Part shown: positions 25,759 to 35,832 of the stretch, one piece after another
Layout: every line of letters begins with the position of its first letter
Numbering within the stretch: position 1 is the stretch's first letter
Notes under the pieces: generated by a model
What the model saw: the letters and a program-made list of their open reading frames with translations, nothing else
Told to the model about the DNA's origin: nothing
Databases searched by the model: none
IMG/VR virus record: IMGVR_UViG_3300048672_000851
Coordinates: 1-64,000 of that record
Source: a virus
DNA length: 64,000 nucleotides
Direction: 5' to 3' (one strand)
Program-made: the position numbers and the translations under genes

Positions 25759-26949
25759 ATGTCTAGTATTAACTTTGATTTAAATTATGATCAGTGCAAA
25801 GAACAAGTAAAAATGGTTCTTAAAGCTGGTTTGGTTCCAATGATTGAATCAGCGCCGGGAATCGGTAAATCTTCAATGATGCGTGAAATCGCTGAAGAAC
25901 TGGATTTATTCCTGATTGACGAACGTATCTCTACTCGTGAACCGTCAGATATGACTGGTTACGTGTTACCTACAGACAGCGTGGATTTAAACGGTAATCC
26001 ATTCAAACAAATCCAAACTGCCCCTCTGGACATTTGGCCACTGGAACACACTCCATTACCAATCAACCCAAAAACAGGCCAACCATATAAAGGCTGGTTG
26101 ATCTTCTTGGATGAATTACGTTCAGCTACTCCTGCTGCACAAGCTGCCTGTTACCGTGTCCTGTTAGACCGTGAAATCGGCAACAAGAAGCTGCATAAGC
26201 GTGTTCTGTTGGCTGCTGCATCTAACCGTATGGAAGACAACGCTGTTGTTCATGACGCTGGTACAGCAATGCAATCACGTTTGACTTGGTTGGGTTTACG
26301 TTCAGATTTAGACATCTGGATCAACAACGTAGCTATTGGCCGTAGTCTGGATGCTCGTGTAACTGCTTTCGTACAGTGGAAAGGCATTCAAGCACTGAAC
26401 AACTTCAACCCAGATCACCAAGAAAAAACATTCACTTGTGAACGTACTTGGGAAATGGCCAGCAAGATTTTGAAGAAAAACTTCCCACAAGTCGGCCCGA
26501 TTCCTAACGAGTATGCTGCTGTATTCGTAGGTACAATCGGTCAAAGCATGGCTTTGGAATTCATCGCATTCACTCAAATTTACTCTAATTTAGTGACATT
26601 TGATGATATTGTACAAAACCCATTAGGTGTAGCAGTTGACGTTAACCGTCCTGACATTATGTTTGCTACCGTGTCTAACATTCAAAGTAATTTGAATGCA
26701 AGCAACATGGGTACTGCGCTTGATCCAGTAATGAAATTCATTAACCGCGTTGGTATTGAATTCCAAGCACTTGTTGTACAACACATTTTACGTACTGACC
26801 CTATGGTTGCACGTACAAACAATGAAGTTGTTACTTGGATTAGCCAGAAACAAACTTTCTTGAACAATAAACGTGCTCAGGTACAGGCAATTCCAATGCC
26901 ACCACAACCATCAACACAAGATGATGACGATGCCCCTGATGCACCGTGA
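25759..26949 (+). CDS. MoxR-like AAA+ ATPase
   Basis: SAPGIGKS Walker A, IFLDE Walker B, AASN, SR finger. Confidence 0.9.
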   Translation: MSSINFDLNYDQCKEQVKMVLKAGLVPMIESAPGIGKSSMMREIAEELDLFLIDERISTREPSDMTGYVLPTDSVDLNGNPFKQIQTAPLDIWPLEHTPLPINPKTGQPYKGWLIFLDELRSATPAAQAACYRVLLDREIGNKKLHKRVLLAAASNRMEDNAVVHDAGTAMQSRLTWLGLRSDLDIWINNVAIGRSLDARVTAFVQWKGIQALNNFNPDHQEKTFTCERTWEMASKILKKNFPQVGPIPNEYAAVFVGTIGQSMALEFIAFTQIYSNLVTFDDIVQNPLGVAVDVNRPDIMFATVSNIQSNLNASNMGTALDPVMKFINRVGIEFQALVVQHILRTDPMVARTNNEVVTWISQKQTFLNNKRAQVQAIPMPPQPSTQDDDDAPDAP

Positions 26950-26957
26950 GGTGAACC

Positions 26958-28097
26958 ATGTCTAAAACAACAATGGACTTAGCTGCACAAGCTTGGGATC
27001 AAACAAAATTCTTCTTTGCGACGGACACTAAATCAGTGTTCGTCTCAACGATTTTGTTTAACATGAATTTCTTTTGGGAACCAAAAATCCCAACTGCATG
27101 TACCAATGGCTTAGATTTATACGTTAATCCAGACTTTCTATTAAGTCTTCAACCGGATGAACGTGTATTCTTAGCAGCACATGAAGTATGGCATGTAGCC
27201 TTCAATCATGTTACTCGACTGGAAACCAGAAATCCTTATTGCTGGAACAGAGCAGCAGACCATGCAATTAACTTAATGTTAAAGCAGCAAGGTTATGCTG
27301 TTCCAGCATTTGCATTGTGTGATCAACAGTTCACTGGTATGCAAGCGGAAGATATTTATGAGATCTTAATTCTTGATCCAGAAAATAGTAAGCCGTTTGA
27401 CCACAGTGACATGCAATACCAAAACCCAAATACGAATCCAGCTAATGTACAGCAAATCAATAACACAATTTTGAAAGCTAGTACTGCTGCTTCGTTAAAA
27501 GGTCAAGGTGGAACAGTCCCAAGCACCATTACATCTACAATCCAAGAAATCATTACACCAGTAATTAACTGGAAAGTGTTGTTTCAACGATTTGTGCAAA
27601 TGGTAGCTAAGGTTGATTACTCATTCAAAAAGTACAACAGACGTTACTTCCCTCATGCAATTTTACCTACTTTGTCAGGTGAAAAAGTTAAAGAAATGGT
27701 TGTAGCTTATGATTCATCTGGTTCAGTATCAGATGATGACTTAAGAGCATTCTTGGGTCAAACCAACAAAGCAAGAACCATTCTACAACCTGAGAAAACA
27801 ACAATGTTAATGTTTGACACTAGTGTCCGTGACGTTAAGGTGTTTCCTCAGAATAAACCAGCGAAGTATGTAGACTTTACTGGCAGAGGTGGTACTGACC
27901 CTAGTTGTGTTTTTGAATACCTCAAAGAAAACAACATCAATCCAGTGTGTTTAGCAATCTTTAGTGATATGGATTTTCAACCATTGGATATTTCATTCAG
28001 ACCAAAATACCCCGTATTGTGGGTTAGTTATAAAGCTTACGGCAAACCAGAAGTTAACTTCGGCCAACTTGTGATTATGCCAGAGGAAAAAAAATGA
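26958..28097 (+). CDS. Metallopeptidase-like + vWA domain protein
   Basis: TACTNG, HEVWH (HExxH), DSSGS MIDAS, GRGGTD; partner of the AAA gene. Confidence 0.9.
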   Translation: MSKTTMDLAAQAWDQTKFFFATDTKSVFVSTILFNMNFFWEPKIPTACTNGLDLYVNPDFLLSLQPDERVFLAAHEVWHVAFNHVTRLETRNPYCWNRAADHAINLMLKQQGYAVPAFALCDQQFTGMQAEDIYEILILDPENSKPFDHSDMQYQNPNTNPANVQQINNTILKASTAASLKGQGGTVPSTITSTIQEIITPVINWKVLFQRFVQMVAKVDYSFKKYNRRYFPHAILPTLSGEKVKEMVVAYDSSGSVSDDDLRAFLGQTNKARTILQPEKTTMLMFDTSVRDVKVFPQNKPAKYVDFTGRGGTDPSCVFEYLKENNINPVCLAIFSDMDFQPLDISFRPKYPVLWVSYKAYGKPEVNFGQLVIMPEEKK

Positions 28098-29401
28098 CAC
28101 TAGTTCTTACCGCAGACCAGCAAAACTTAGTGCAAGAGTTTGAAAAATTCTTGTTAGACCCCGTAAGAAAACGTTTTATTATTAACGGTAAGCCCGGCTG
28201 TGGTAAGACTACTATTCTTCCGATTCTCGAAGAAAGAGCACATGATTTAACCCAGTTTCTGAATAAGTTACTGGGTGAAAATCAACGCATTGCCGTTCAA
28301 TACACAGCTACAACCAATAAAGCTGTAGAAGCCCTGTCTGAAAAGATTCCTGATCCAGCAAATGAAATCTGCACAATCCATTCCTTCTTAGGTTTGATTG
28401 TACGTGATGACTATGCTACTGGTACTTCCAAATTAGTTAAAACCAACAATTACAAAGTACATAGTAATGTACTGTTATTCATTGATGAAATGTCAATGGC
28501 TAATACAGAGTTATTAACTATCATTGATCAATCAACAATTGACTCAAAAGTTGTATTCATTCTTGATCAAAACCAAATTCTCCCAGTATTTGAGAACAGT
28601 ATTCCATTACTGTCTCGTTATCAAGTTGACGTAAACCTAACTCAAATTGTACGTCAAAAGCAATTGTCTTGTGGCTCTATTCATCCAATTGCTAAGTTAA
28701 CTGAAGACCTATGGAATACAGTTAACAACAAAGAAGATTTACCTGATTTAATGCAGTATGTTGATAATCAACACATCTTTCATTTAAAAGGTGCAGCATT
28801 AAAATCAGCAATGGAAACTGAGTTTGATAAACCAGACTCAGAACATAACTGCCGTATCTTGGCTTGGACTAACAAGAAAGTTAACCAATACAATGCATTT
28901 ATTCGTAAATACAAAGGTAAGCCAGTTGAAATTGAGAAAGGCGAATTCCTCATTGCAAATGAAGCAGTAACTAGTAACGATGTAACTATCATCTCTAACC
29001 AAGAAGAAGTTTACATTACTAGTGCCACTGAAGTCTTAACAGATGACTTAGGTATTCAATTCCAAAAGCTATCTGCTAGAACAAAAAGAGGCACTTACCT
29101 CGTAAAACGTGCCTTAGACCAAGATCATCTCAATAAGTGGATTAACTACTATGCCAAACTAAAAGACTGGCCTAAGTATTTTCAACTTAAAAAAGATTAC
29201 TCAGATTTACGTATGGTTTATTCAAGTACCGTGCATAAATCACAAGGGAGTACATACGAAGCTGTATTTCTAGATTTAAGTGATATTTGTTCCAATAACA
29301 AATTGGAAGAAGTAAGACGACTAATCTTGGTTGGTTCATCAAGACCAACACAACGTTTGTACTTAACAGGTGAAATCCCTAAAAAGTATTTAAAGGTGTA
29401 A
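28094..29401 (+). CDS. Dda/RecD-like SF1 DNA helicase
   Basis: GKPGCGKT, ATTNKA, TIHSFL, IDEMSM, QIVRQ, TVHKSQGSTY. Confidence 0.92.
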   Translation: MTLVLTADQQNLVQEFEKFLLDPVRKRFIINGKPGCGKTTILPILEERAHDLTQFLNKLLGENQRIAVQYTATTNKAVEALSEKIPDPANEICTIHSFLGLIVRDDYATGTSKLVKTNNYKVHSNVLLFIDEMSMANTELLTIIDQSTIDSKVVFILDQNQILPVFENSIPLLSRYQVDVNLTQIVRQKQLSCGSIHPIAKLTEDLWNTVNNKEDLPDLMQYVDNQHIFHLKGAALKSAMETEFDKPDSEHNCRILAWTNKKVNQYNAFIRKYKGKPVEIEKGEFLIANEAVTSNDVTIISNQEEVYITSATEVLTDDLGIQFQKLSARTKRGTYLVKRALDQDHLNKWINYYAKLKDWPKYFQLKKDYSDLRMVYSSTVHKSQGSTYEAVFLDLSDICSNNKLEEVRRLILVGSSRPTQRLYLTGEIPKKYLKV

Positions 29402-29402
29402 C

Positions 29403-30050
29403 ATGTCAGTCAAACTAGATTCTATTCTTTGGTATGACGCAAATGCATCAGAGCAACTATCATGCCAATCTGGTGTTATGCTTTATGTAATGGAGTACAT
29501 TAAAAAGCTAGTACGTCCTACAGTTCAGCGATTTGATTTTAGAGTATCAACTGGTTTGTCATTTCATTTTGTTGAATATAACGGTTCATACTACAACGTA
29601 TCTGGAATACATGACTATTATTTTATTTCTAAACATGATTACACTATTTTAGTGTCAAGAAAAGATTCTTGTTCTAGTTCATCTTCTATAGTCAGAATGC
29701 TGTCTGATAAAGACTTTTGGGTTTTACCTTATTCAGAATTAAATCAAGAAGCTAGAAATCTCTTTTTAAAGATTAAAGAGTTAATTGATTTATCTGAAAA
29801 TCTGTATTCTTACTTATGCAGAATAGTGAATCTCTTTAAGAATCAAAATCCAAAGGAAATGCACTACAGGATCAGACAATTAAACTTCCAGCCTGTCATT
29901 CCTTTCAATCTGCCGTATGCTAGTGAAACATTTTCAGAGCAGTTAACCCAACAAGAAATTGAAAAGTTCAACACCCACAAAAAGTTCTTTTTTACTTCTT
30001 CAGAAGAAAATAAACTTGCTCAGGAAATGCTCATTTACCAGCTAATCTGA
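29403..30050 (+). CDS. Hypothetical protein
   Basis: Between helicase and polymerase, as for N4 gp38. Confidence 0.65.
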   Translation: MSVKLDSILWYDANASEQLSCQSGVMLYVMEYIKKLVRPTVQRFDFRVSTGLSFHFVEYNGSYYNVSGIHDYYFISKHDYTILVSRKDSCSSSSSIVRMLSDKDFWVLPYSELNQEARNLFLKIKELIDLSENLYSYLCRIVNLFKNQNPKEMHYRIRQLNFQPVIPFNLPYASETFSEQLTQQEIEKFNTHKKFFFTSSEENKLAQEMLIYQLI

Positions 30051-30060
30051 TGGAGAACAA

Positions 30061-31890
30061 ATGTACCACTTAACCTTTCAGGAAACCTCCGAAAACATAC
30101 CTTACAAGCTTGCAGTGGTACTCCCCTACCCTGCCATCCAGCAGAAAAAGAATGTCGAAGAAGCCTACTGTAAGCCGTTTGGAATAGACCCTAAGGAAGT
30201 GATTTTCTTCGGGTTTATTACTCCCGCCAACGGTAAACAGATGCCAGCAAAAGAGGCCAAAGATGCTGCGGCAAATGTTATGGCAGCCTGTGAACACCTT
30301 GGCATTAAGACCATCTATATCGCTGAAACATCCATCTTTAAAGCTGCTTCAGGGGTTAAGAAGGCTACCCCTTACCTTGGTATTCCCACGCCCTGTAAGG
30401 ACGATACAAAGCCCTTTACACTGGTCTATGGCATTAACCATCAACGGCTATTCTATGATCCAAGTCTTAAAATGGAATTGGAACGAGGCTTTAACATTGC
30501 CTACTCAATTGCCGATGGCCGTAACTACGAAGTCATTCCACCGGATTTAAGAAAAAAAGTAGTTATTGTTGATGATTACTTTGAGATCCAATCAAAATTA
30601 ATTGAATTACTTTCCGAACCCAAGTTATCTCTTGATGCTGAAACATTCAGTTTGAAGTTTTATGAAGCTGGCTTAGGTACGTTTACTTTGTCCCCTTCAG
30701 AAGAATTAGCTTATGCTTTTCCATGCGATGTAATGGAAGAAGATGGACAATCAATTCGTGAAGTTAATATTCCAGTCAGACGTTTATTAAAGACTTTCCT
30801 AGATAATTATCGTGGAACAATGGTTTACCATAATGGTAGCTACGATATGAAAGTTCTTATCTATGTTCTGTACATGGAAGAAAAACTCCACAACTTAAAA
30901 GGTATGTTAACTGGCATAGAAGCCTTAACTACCAAAATGAAGTTTGAAGACACTAAGTTAATTACCTATGTGGCTACAAACAGTACATCAGGCAATGACT
31001 TATCACTTAAACATCAAGCAAGAGAATTTGCAGGTAATTACGGTTTAGGTGATGACATCAAAGACATTCTTAAAATTAAACTAGAAGACCTGTTAATCTA
31101 TAACGGTATTGACGGTTTAAGTACTAATTATGTCTACAACAAACATTGGCCAACAGTTTTATCAGATAATCAAGAATACGTTTATCGTGAAATTCTCCTT
31201 AAATCAGTTAAGTTATTCTTACAAGCAGAACTAACTGGTATTCCTATTTCACTTGAAAAAGTGAAAGAAGTAGAAGAAATTCTTAAACAAGCCAGAAAGG
31301 AACAAACAGATAAGCTTTATGCTAATCCAGCAGTACTTGAATATGTTCCTAAGCTCCAACAAAAGAAAGTTGATCAGCACAATGCTAAGTTAAAAACTAA
31401 GCGTGTTGGTTTAGACTTGTACTCTCATATTACTTATAATCCTGGTTCTGACCAACAAACAGTTGAGTTATTAATTGAACAAGGTCAAATGGTGTATGAA
31501 GATACAACTGATTCTGGAGCACCATCAGTCTCTAAAGATGCATTAATTAAAATTAAAGCACTAAACCAAGATAAACCTATTTATCTAGAAATAGTTGATG
31601 TACTTATTGAATTAAGTCAAATTGACATTCTCTTAGATAACTTCATTGAAGCATTCAAGAATAACTCTGCTTATCGTGAAGGAATGGGTTATTTTTTATT
31701 TGGTTCATTCAACATCGGTGGTACTGTATCTGGTCGATTAAGTTCATCTAAACCAAACTTACAGAATTTACCATCCAAAGGTAACAAGTATGCTTATTTA
31801 ATTAAGTCATGCTTCGTTGCGCCTAAAGCAAGATACATAGTTGACAAGGATAAGTGGCGGAGTATACTGGCTCCTTACAAAGACATTTGA
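30061..31890 (+). CDS. DNA polymerase A, N-terminal fragment (exonuclease and thumb)
   Basis: LDAET ExoI, HNGSYD ExoII, YNGID ExoII/III, GTVSGRLSSSKPNLQN; stops shortly after IKSCFVAP. Confidence 0.92.
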   Translation: MYHLTFQETSENIPYKLAVVLPYPAIQQKKNVEEAYCKPFGIDPKEVIFFGFITPANGKQMPAKEAKDAAANVMAACEHLGIKTIYIAETSIFKAASGVKKATPYLGIPTPCKDDTKPFTLVYGINHQRLFYDPSLKMELERGFNIAYSIADGRNYEVIPPDLRKKVVIVDDYFEIQSKLIELLSEPKLSLDAETFSLKFYEAGLGTFTLSPSEELAYAFPCDVMEEDGQSIREVNIPVRRLLKTFLDNYRGTMVYHNGSYDMKVLIYVLYMEEKLHNLKGMLTGIEALTTKMKFEDTKLITYVATNSTSGNDLSLKHQAREFAGNYGLGDDIKDILKIKLEDLLIYNGIDGLSTNYVYNKHWPTVLSDNQEYVYREILLKSVKLFLQAELTGIPISLEKVKEVEEILKQARKEQTDKLYANPAVLEYVPKLQQKKVDQHNAKLKTKRVGLDLYSHITYNPGSDQQTVELLIEQGQMVYEDTTDSGAPSVSKDALIKIKALNQDKPIYLEIVDVLIELSQIDILLDNFIEAFKNNSAYREGMGYFLFGSFNIGGTVSGRLSSSKPNLQNLPSKGNKYAYLIKSCFVAPKARYIVDKDKWRSILAPYKDI

Positions 31891-31901
31891 GAGGTGCCAG
31901 T

Positions 31902-32405
31902 ATGCAAGAAACTAGTCGTGGAGCAATCACTAAAACAAAGCTGTACCATATCTGGGACAGCATGTATCAACGTTGTTTAAACCCTAATTCGTCCGGCTAC
32001 CATAAATACGGTGCTAAAGGTATCGGTGTTTGCGCTGATTGGCTAGACGCCTATAACTTTATGGGTTGGGCTTTACTTAACGGGTATAGAGATGGTTTAA
32101 CTATAGAACGAGTAGATTTTACTAAAGACTACTCACCACAAAACTGTACTTGGATACCAGCAGAATACCAAGCTCAAAATAGAGGTAAAAGTAGTTTAAA
32201 TACTTCTGGTTTTGTTGGTGTTAATTGGCATAACGAAAAAAAATGCTGGATTGCACGAGTTACAGTTAAGGGTAAAAGAACAGAAATAGGTAAATATGAC
32301 TCTGCTATAGAAGCTCACTTAGCCAGAGGAAAATATTTTAAAGATAACAACTTATTGGATAATTTGAGAACTTATGAATTACAGCACAAAGACATTACTA
32401 TTTGA
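31902..32405 (+). mobile_element. HNH-AP2 homing endonuclease inserted in the DNA polymerase gene
   Basis: IWDSMYQRC..YGAKGIGVC..W..LTIERVD..YSPQNCTW plus AP2 SGFVGVNW..WIAR..IGKYDSAIEA; GAGGT RBS. Confidence 0.88.
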
Positions 32406-33366
32406 ACTGGATGCATTAGTTGAGTCTGATGAAATACATAAACATACCAAAAGAATAACGGAGATAATTAAGCTATTACCAGAACAACTTAGAGATAAAG
32501 TCAAAGAAGCTGTAGTTTATGATGCTGGATGGTTATTTTGTGGCGCAGACTTTGCTTCACTTGAAGATAGAATCTCTGCATTACAAACCAAAGACAAGAA
32601 TAAACTAAAAGTGTACACAGATGGTTATGATGGTCACTGTTTACGTGCGTATGGTTATTTTAGTGAAAACATGCCAGATATAGTTGATACAGTTGATTCT
32701 ATCAACTCCATCAAAAAGTTATACCCTGATGAACGCCAAGACAGCAAAGAACCTACATTCTTATTAACGTATGGTGGTACTTGGCATGGATTGGTTTATA
32801 ACTGTGGCTTTAGTGAACAAAAGGCCAAGTTAATTGAACAGAGATACCATGTTCTTTACAAAGAGTCAGATGAATGGGTAGAAAACCGTATCAAACAAGC
32901 CTGTAAAGACGGCTACGTTGAAGTGGCCTTTGGGCTTAGGGTTCGTACACCCATCCTCAAGCAGACTATTCTGAACACATCCAAGACGCCATACGAAGCC
33001 AAAAAAGAAGCAAGAACCGCTGGTAACGCTTTAGGTCAATCCTACTGTATGCTTAACAACCGCGCTGGTATCGAGGTACAAGAAAAAACCTTAGCATCGG
33101 AGTACGCAATGGACATTTGGCCATCGTGTCATATCCATGATGCTCAGTATTTCTTAGTACGTAACAAGATTGATCCAATTCACTTCTTGAACGAAACTCT
33201 AGTACCAGCAATGGAATGGCAGGATTGGCCTGAAATCCAACACCCGACAGTTAAGTTAGGTGGGGAATTGTCCGTCTTTTACCCATCTTGGAATGATGAA
33301 GTAACTATTCCAAATGGAGCCAGTAAAGATGAAATCAAAGCAATAGCAAAAGGTAACAAACAATGA
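32374..33366 (+). CDS. DNA polymerase A, C-terminal catalytic fragment
   Basis: GADFASLEDR (motif A), RQDSKEPTFLLTYG (motif B), HIHDAQY (motif C). Confidence 0.92.
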   Translation: MNYSTKTLLFELDALVESDEIHKHTKRITEIIKLLPEQLRDKVKEAVVYDAGWLFCGADFASLEDRISALQTKDKNKLKVYTDGYDGHCLRAYGYFSENMPDIVDTVDSINSIKKLYPDERQDSKEPTFLLTYGGTWHGLVYNCGFSEQKAKLIEQRYHVLYKESDEWVENRIKQACKDGYVEVAFGLRVRTPILKQTILNTSKTPYEAKKEARTAGNALGQSYCMLNNRAGIEVQEKTLASEYAMDIWPSCHIHDAQYFLVRNKIDPIHFLNETLVPAMEWQDWPEIQHPTVKLGGELSVFYPSWNDEVTIPNGASKDEIKAIAKGNKQ

Positions 33367-34283
33367 TTAGAGTTGTTCCAGTTCAAGCATCACATAACGT
33401 AGTGACTGACACTAAGTTATTTACCATGCTTGCAACTTATCCTCGTGCAGTTCATGCACAACTTCTGACACATCGAGATAAAAGCAAGAATAGTTCATCT
33501 AGTCGTGCTATTCCGGTGTTAACTGAAATTGAAAACATCAAAGCAGATCCTGTTCAAATCTTTTGGACACAAAACCAAAAAGGTATGCAAGGTAAACGTA
33601 TTACAGACCAAAAACTAATTGATGAATTAGATTCTCTGGTTCTGGAACATCGTGAAGATGCGTTTGAATTCGCTAAAAAACTATCTGATAAAGATGGCTA
33701 CAACATCCACAAACAAAACGTAAACCGTTTCCTCGAACCATTCTCAAACATTACAGTATTAATCTCTGCAACTGAATGGGAAAACTTTGATTGGCTTCGT
33801 ATTGATGAAGCTGCTCAAGGTGAAATCGAAGAACTGGCCAAACAATTACGTGATTGCCGAAATGAAATGGTAGCAATGCCAATTTATGAAGGTGAATATC
33901 ACGTACCATTCGTTGACCGTGTACGTGATGAAGATGGTGTTCTGCGCTATTACAGCATGGATGAAGCACATCAAGAACTTGAATTGCAAGATGCAATTGA
34001 TGTAAGTACTTCATGCGCTGCACAAACAAGCTACCGTAAATTAGATGACAGCTTGGAAAAAGCAGCAGATGTGAAAGCCAAACTGACTCAAGGTGATAAG
34101 TTACATGCTTCTCCATTTGAACATGTTGCTACACCAATTCAGCTACCAATTCACAATCTTAAAGATTTACCTTTAAGTTTGTTTATGGAAAAACTACCAA
34201 AAGGTATTACTCACGTATCTCGTGATTTATCTTTATGGTCTGGTAATTATCGTAACTTCATTCAGTATCGTCATTTAATGTAA
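33363..34283 (+). CDS. thyX: Phage ThyX/Thy1-like flavin-dependent thymidylate synthase
   Basis: QLLTHR..SKNSSSSRAIP, HKQNVNRFLEP, AQGEI, HASPFEH motifs. Confidence 0.75.
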   Translation: MIRVVPVQASHNVVTDTKLFTMLATYPRAVHAQLLTHRDKSKNSSSSRAIPVLTEIENIKADPVQIFWTQNQKGMQGKRITDQKLIDELDSLVLEHREDAFEFAKKLSDKDGYNIHKQNVNRFLEPFSNITVLISATEWENFDWLRIDEAAQGEIEELAKQLRDCRNEMVAMPIYEGEYHVPFVDRVRDEDGVLRYYSMDEAHQELELQDAIDVSTSCAAQTSYRKLDDSLEKAADVKAKLTQGDKLHASPFEHVATPIQLPIHNLKDLPLSLFMEKLPKGITHVSRDLSLWSGNYRNFIQYRHLM

Positions 34284-34292
34284 GGTGAAACA

Positions 34293-34721
34293 ATGCAAAA
34301 CTACATTGGAACCAAATTAGTTAAAGCTATGCCAATGACTCGTCAAGAGTACAATGACTTACGCGGTTGGAAAGTACCTGCTAATGAAAATCCTGAAGAT
34401 GATGGTTATTTAGTTGAATACCCTGATTCTGAAGCTAACCATCAAGACTTTGCTGGTTACATTTCATGGTGTCCTAAAAAACAATTTGAAGAAGCAAATA
34501 TTTGCTATTCATATTACAGAAATAAACCTGACTTCGTTAATCGTATGCTAGCTGAGTACGCTCAGTTAACATACCGTATTAATAAACTACATTCATTCTT
34601 GTCTGGTGAAGCTATGCTTTCTACACAAGAAAGAGATTTAATGGTTTGTCAGCTTGCAGCAATGCGAAATTATGCTGATGCATTAAAAGTACGAATTGTT
34701 GCATCAGGAGTTCAGGTCTAA
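34293..34721 (+). CDS. Conserved phage protein (YIGTK/GYLVEY domain + helical C-terminus)
   Basis: YIGTKLVKAMPM, DGYLVEYPD, YISWCPK..FE; C-terminal QLAAMRNY..ALKVRI. Confidence 0.75.
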   Translation: MQNYIGTKLVKAMPMTRQEYNDLRGWKVPANENPEDDGYLVEYPDSEANHQDFAGYISWCPKKQFEEANICYSYYRNKPDFVNRMLAEYAQLTYRINKLHSFLSGEAMLSTQERDLMVCQLAAMRNYADALKVRIVASGVQV

Positions 34722-34999
34722 TGGAAAATCAACATCGTTTAATCAAAGGTTATCGTGAATTAACTCAAGTCGAAATTGATTTGATGAATCGCATCAAAGC
34801 CAAAGGCCGTGAAATGCTTGAACTTCAAAAAGAAGTTCTTGAATACTTGGATAATCAAGTAAAAAACACGGAATGGAGTGCTGAACTTGAACAACATCTT
34901 GAACATACAACACCTAATCGTTGGGCTGCATTAGCTAAAACCGATATGCAAACTGCAACTATGTTTTTAGTTCGAGCAGTGGCACAACCAACTGATTGA
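34721..34999 (+). CDS. acb2: Anti-CBASS cyclic-oligonucleotide sponge Acb2
   Basis: MENQHRLIKGYRELTQ.EIDLMN.IK...RW.A..KTD.QT..M...RAVAQP closely follows the Acb2 sequence as recalled. Confidence 0.9.
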   Translation: MENQHRLIKGYRELTQVEIDLMNRIKAKGREMLELQKEVLEYLDNQVKNTEWSAELEQHLEHTTPNRWAALAKTDMQTATMFLVRAVAQPTD

Positions 35000-35015
35000 T
35001 CCAAGCACAATTAAC

Positions 35016-35039
35016 AAGCCCCTTCATTGGGGCTTTTTT
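35016..35039 (+). terminator. Rho-independent terminator
   Basis: AAGCCCC/GGGGCTT plus T run. Confidence 0.85.
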
Positions 35040-35189
35040 ATAGGTGATTTATGAAAAAAGGTGATTACTCTTTAAGTCCAGAAGACTTTAAAGCTAAGTA
35101 CGGTTATCCATTGTTTGATCTATTTCAAGATGAAAATATTTTCAAACACGTAGCTCAACAAAAATTAGCTAAACAACAGGAACAAAAAG

Positions 35190-35534
35190 ATGATTCATGT
35201 AACGGAAAAAGTATGTAAATACAAACCTTTTGCTACTTGTGATTCATTAAGTGATTTGCTGGCTTTTGACACAAAAGATGCTTTTACTAAATGTGGTATG
35301 TTTCCAATTTACTTATATGGTAAAAAGAAAGCATTTTACATTACTAATCAATTTGCTGAGTTAATTCAGAGTGTAAATATCTACGGATTACCTAATCCTA
35401 TTAATTTAATACTCAGATATGCTGATGACGGTACATTAGGGTTCCAGTTTCAGTATATTATTGGTGGTTACAAACTCGTTTTGTTATCTCCACAACAGCA
35501 AGTAGAGTTCATTAAGCTCTTTGATTCTCTATAA
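35190..35534 (+). CDS. Hypothetical protein
   Basis: ORF with AGGA RBS. Confidence 0.55.
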   Translation: MIHVTEKVCKYKPFATCDSLSDLLAFDTKDAFTKCGMFPIYLYGKKKAFYITNQFAELIQSVNIYGLPNPINLILRYADDGTLGFQFQYIIGGYKLVLLSPQQQVEFIKLFDSL

Positions 35535-35535
35535 C

Positions 35536-35808
35536 CAAACCTTACGTATACCGCACTCCCTGCGCTCACTGGCGTTCGCTTGGGGCGCTATATACGTAAG
35601 GTTTGTATAGTGACAACGAGAATAGAAAAAGTCTTGAGGACGAGGCCACGCCGAGGACGCTAAGACTTTTGAGATTCGAGTTGGAACGGTGCAAACCTTA
35701 CGTATATATATGGGAGTAGGGGATCAGTATTTACAAGGGTTAGCGGGGAGTTTTACGGAAGAAAATCTTCCTTTTTAAAGCAAAAAAGGAAGAAAATCTT
35801 CCTTTTTT
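35536..35808 (+). promoter_or_regulatory. Origin/operator-like module upstream of RepL-like copy 2
   Basis: 15-mer CAAACCTTACGTATA x3 (35536, inverted 35591, 35692), TATATATATGG, GGAAGA-AAA-TCTTCC at 35757 and 35788. Confidence 0.65.
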
Positions 35809-35832
35809 ACAACTCAGTGATGTATCCTTGAG

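Noticed and set aside
31825-32526. Group I intron or split intein in DNA polymerase
   Set aside because: Only weak R/S-like strings; no G immediately before an in-frame 3' exon; no N-terminal Cys/Ser or C-terminal His-Asn intein ends. RT-PCR could overturn this
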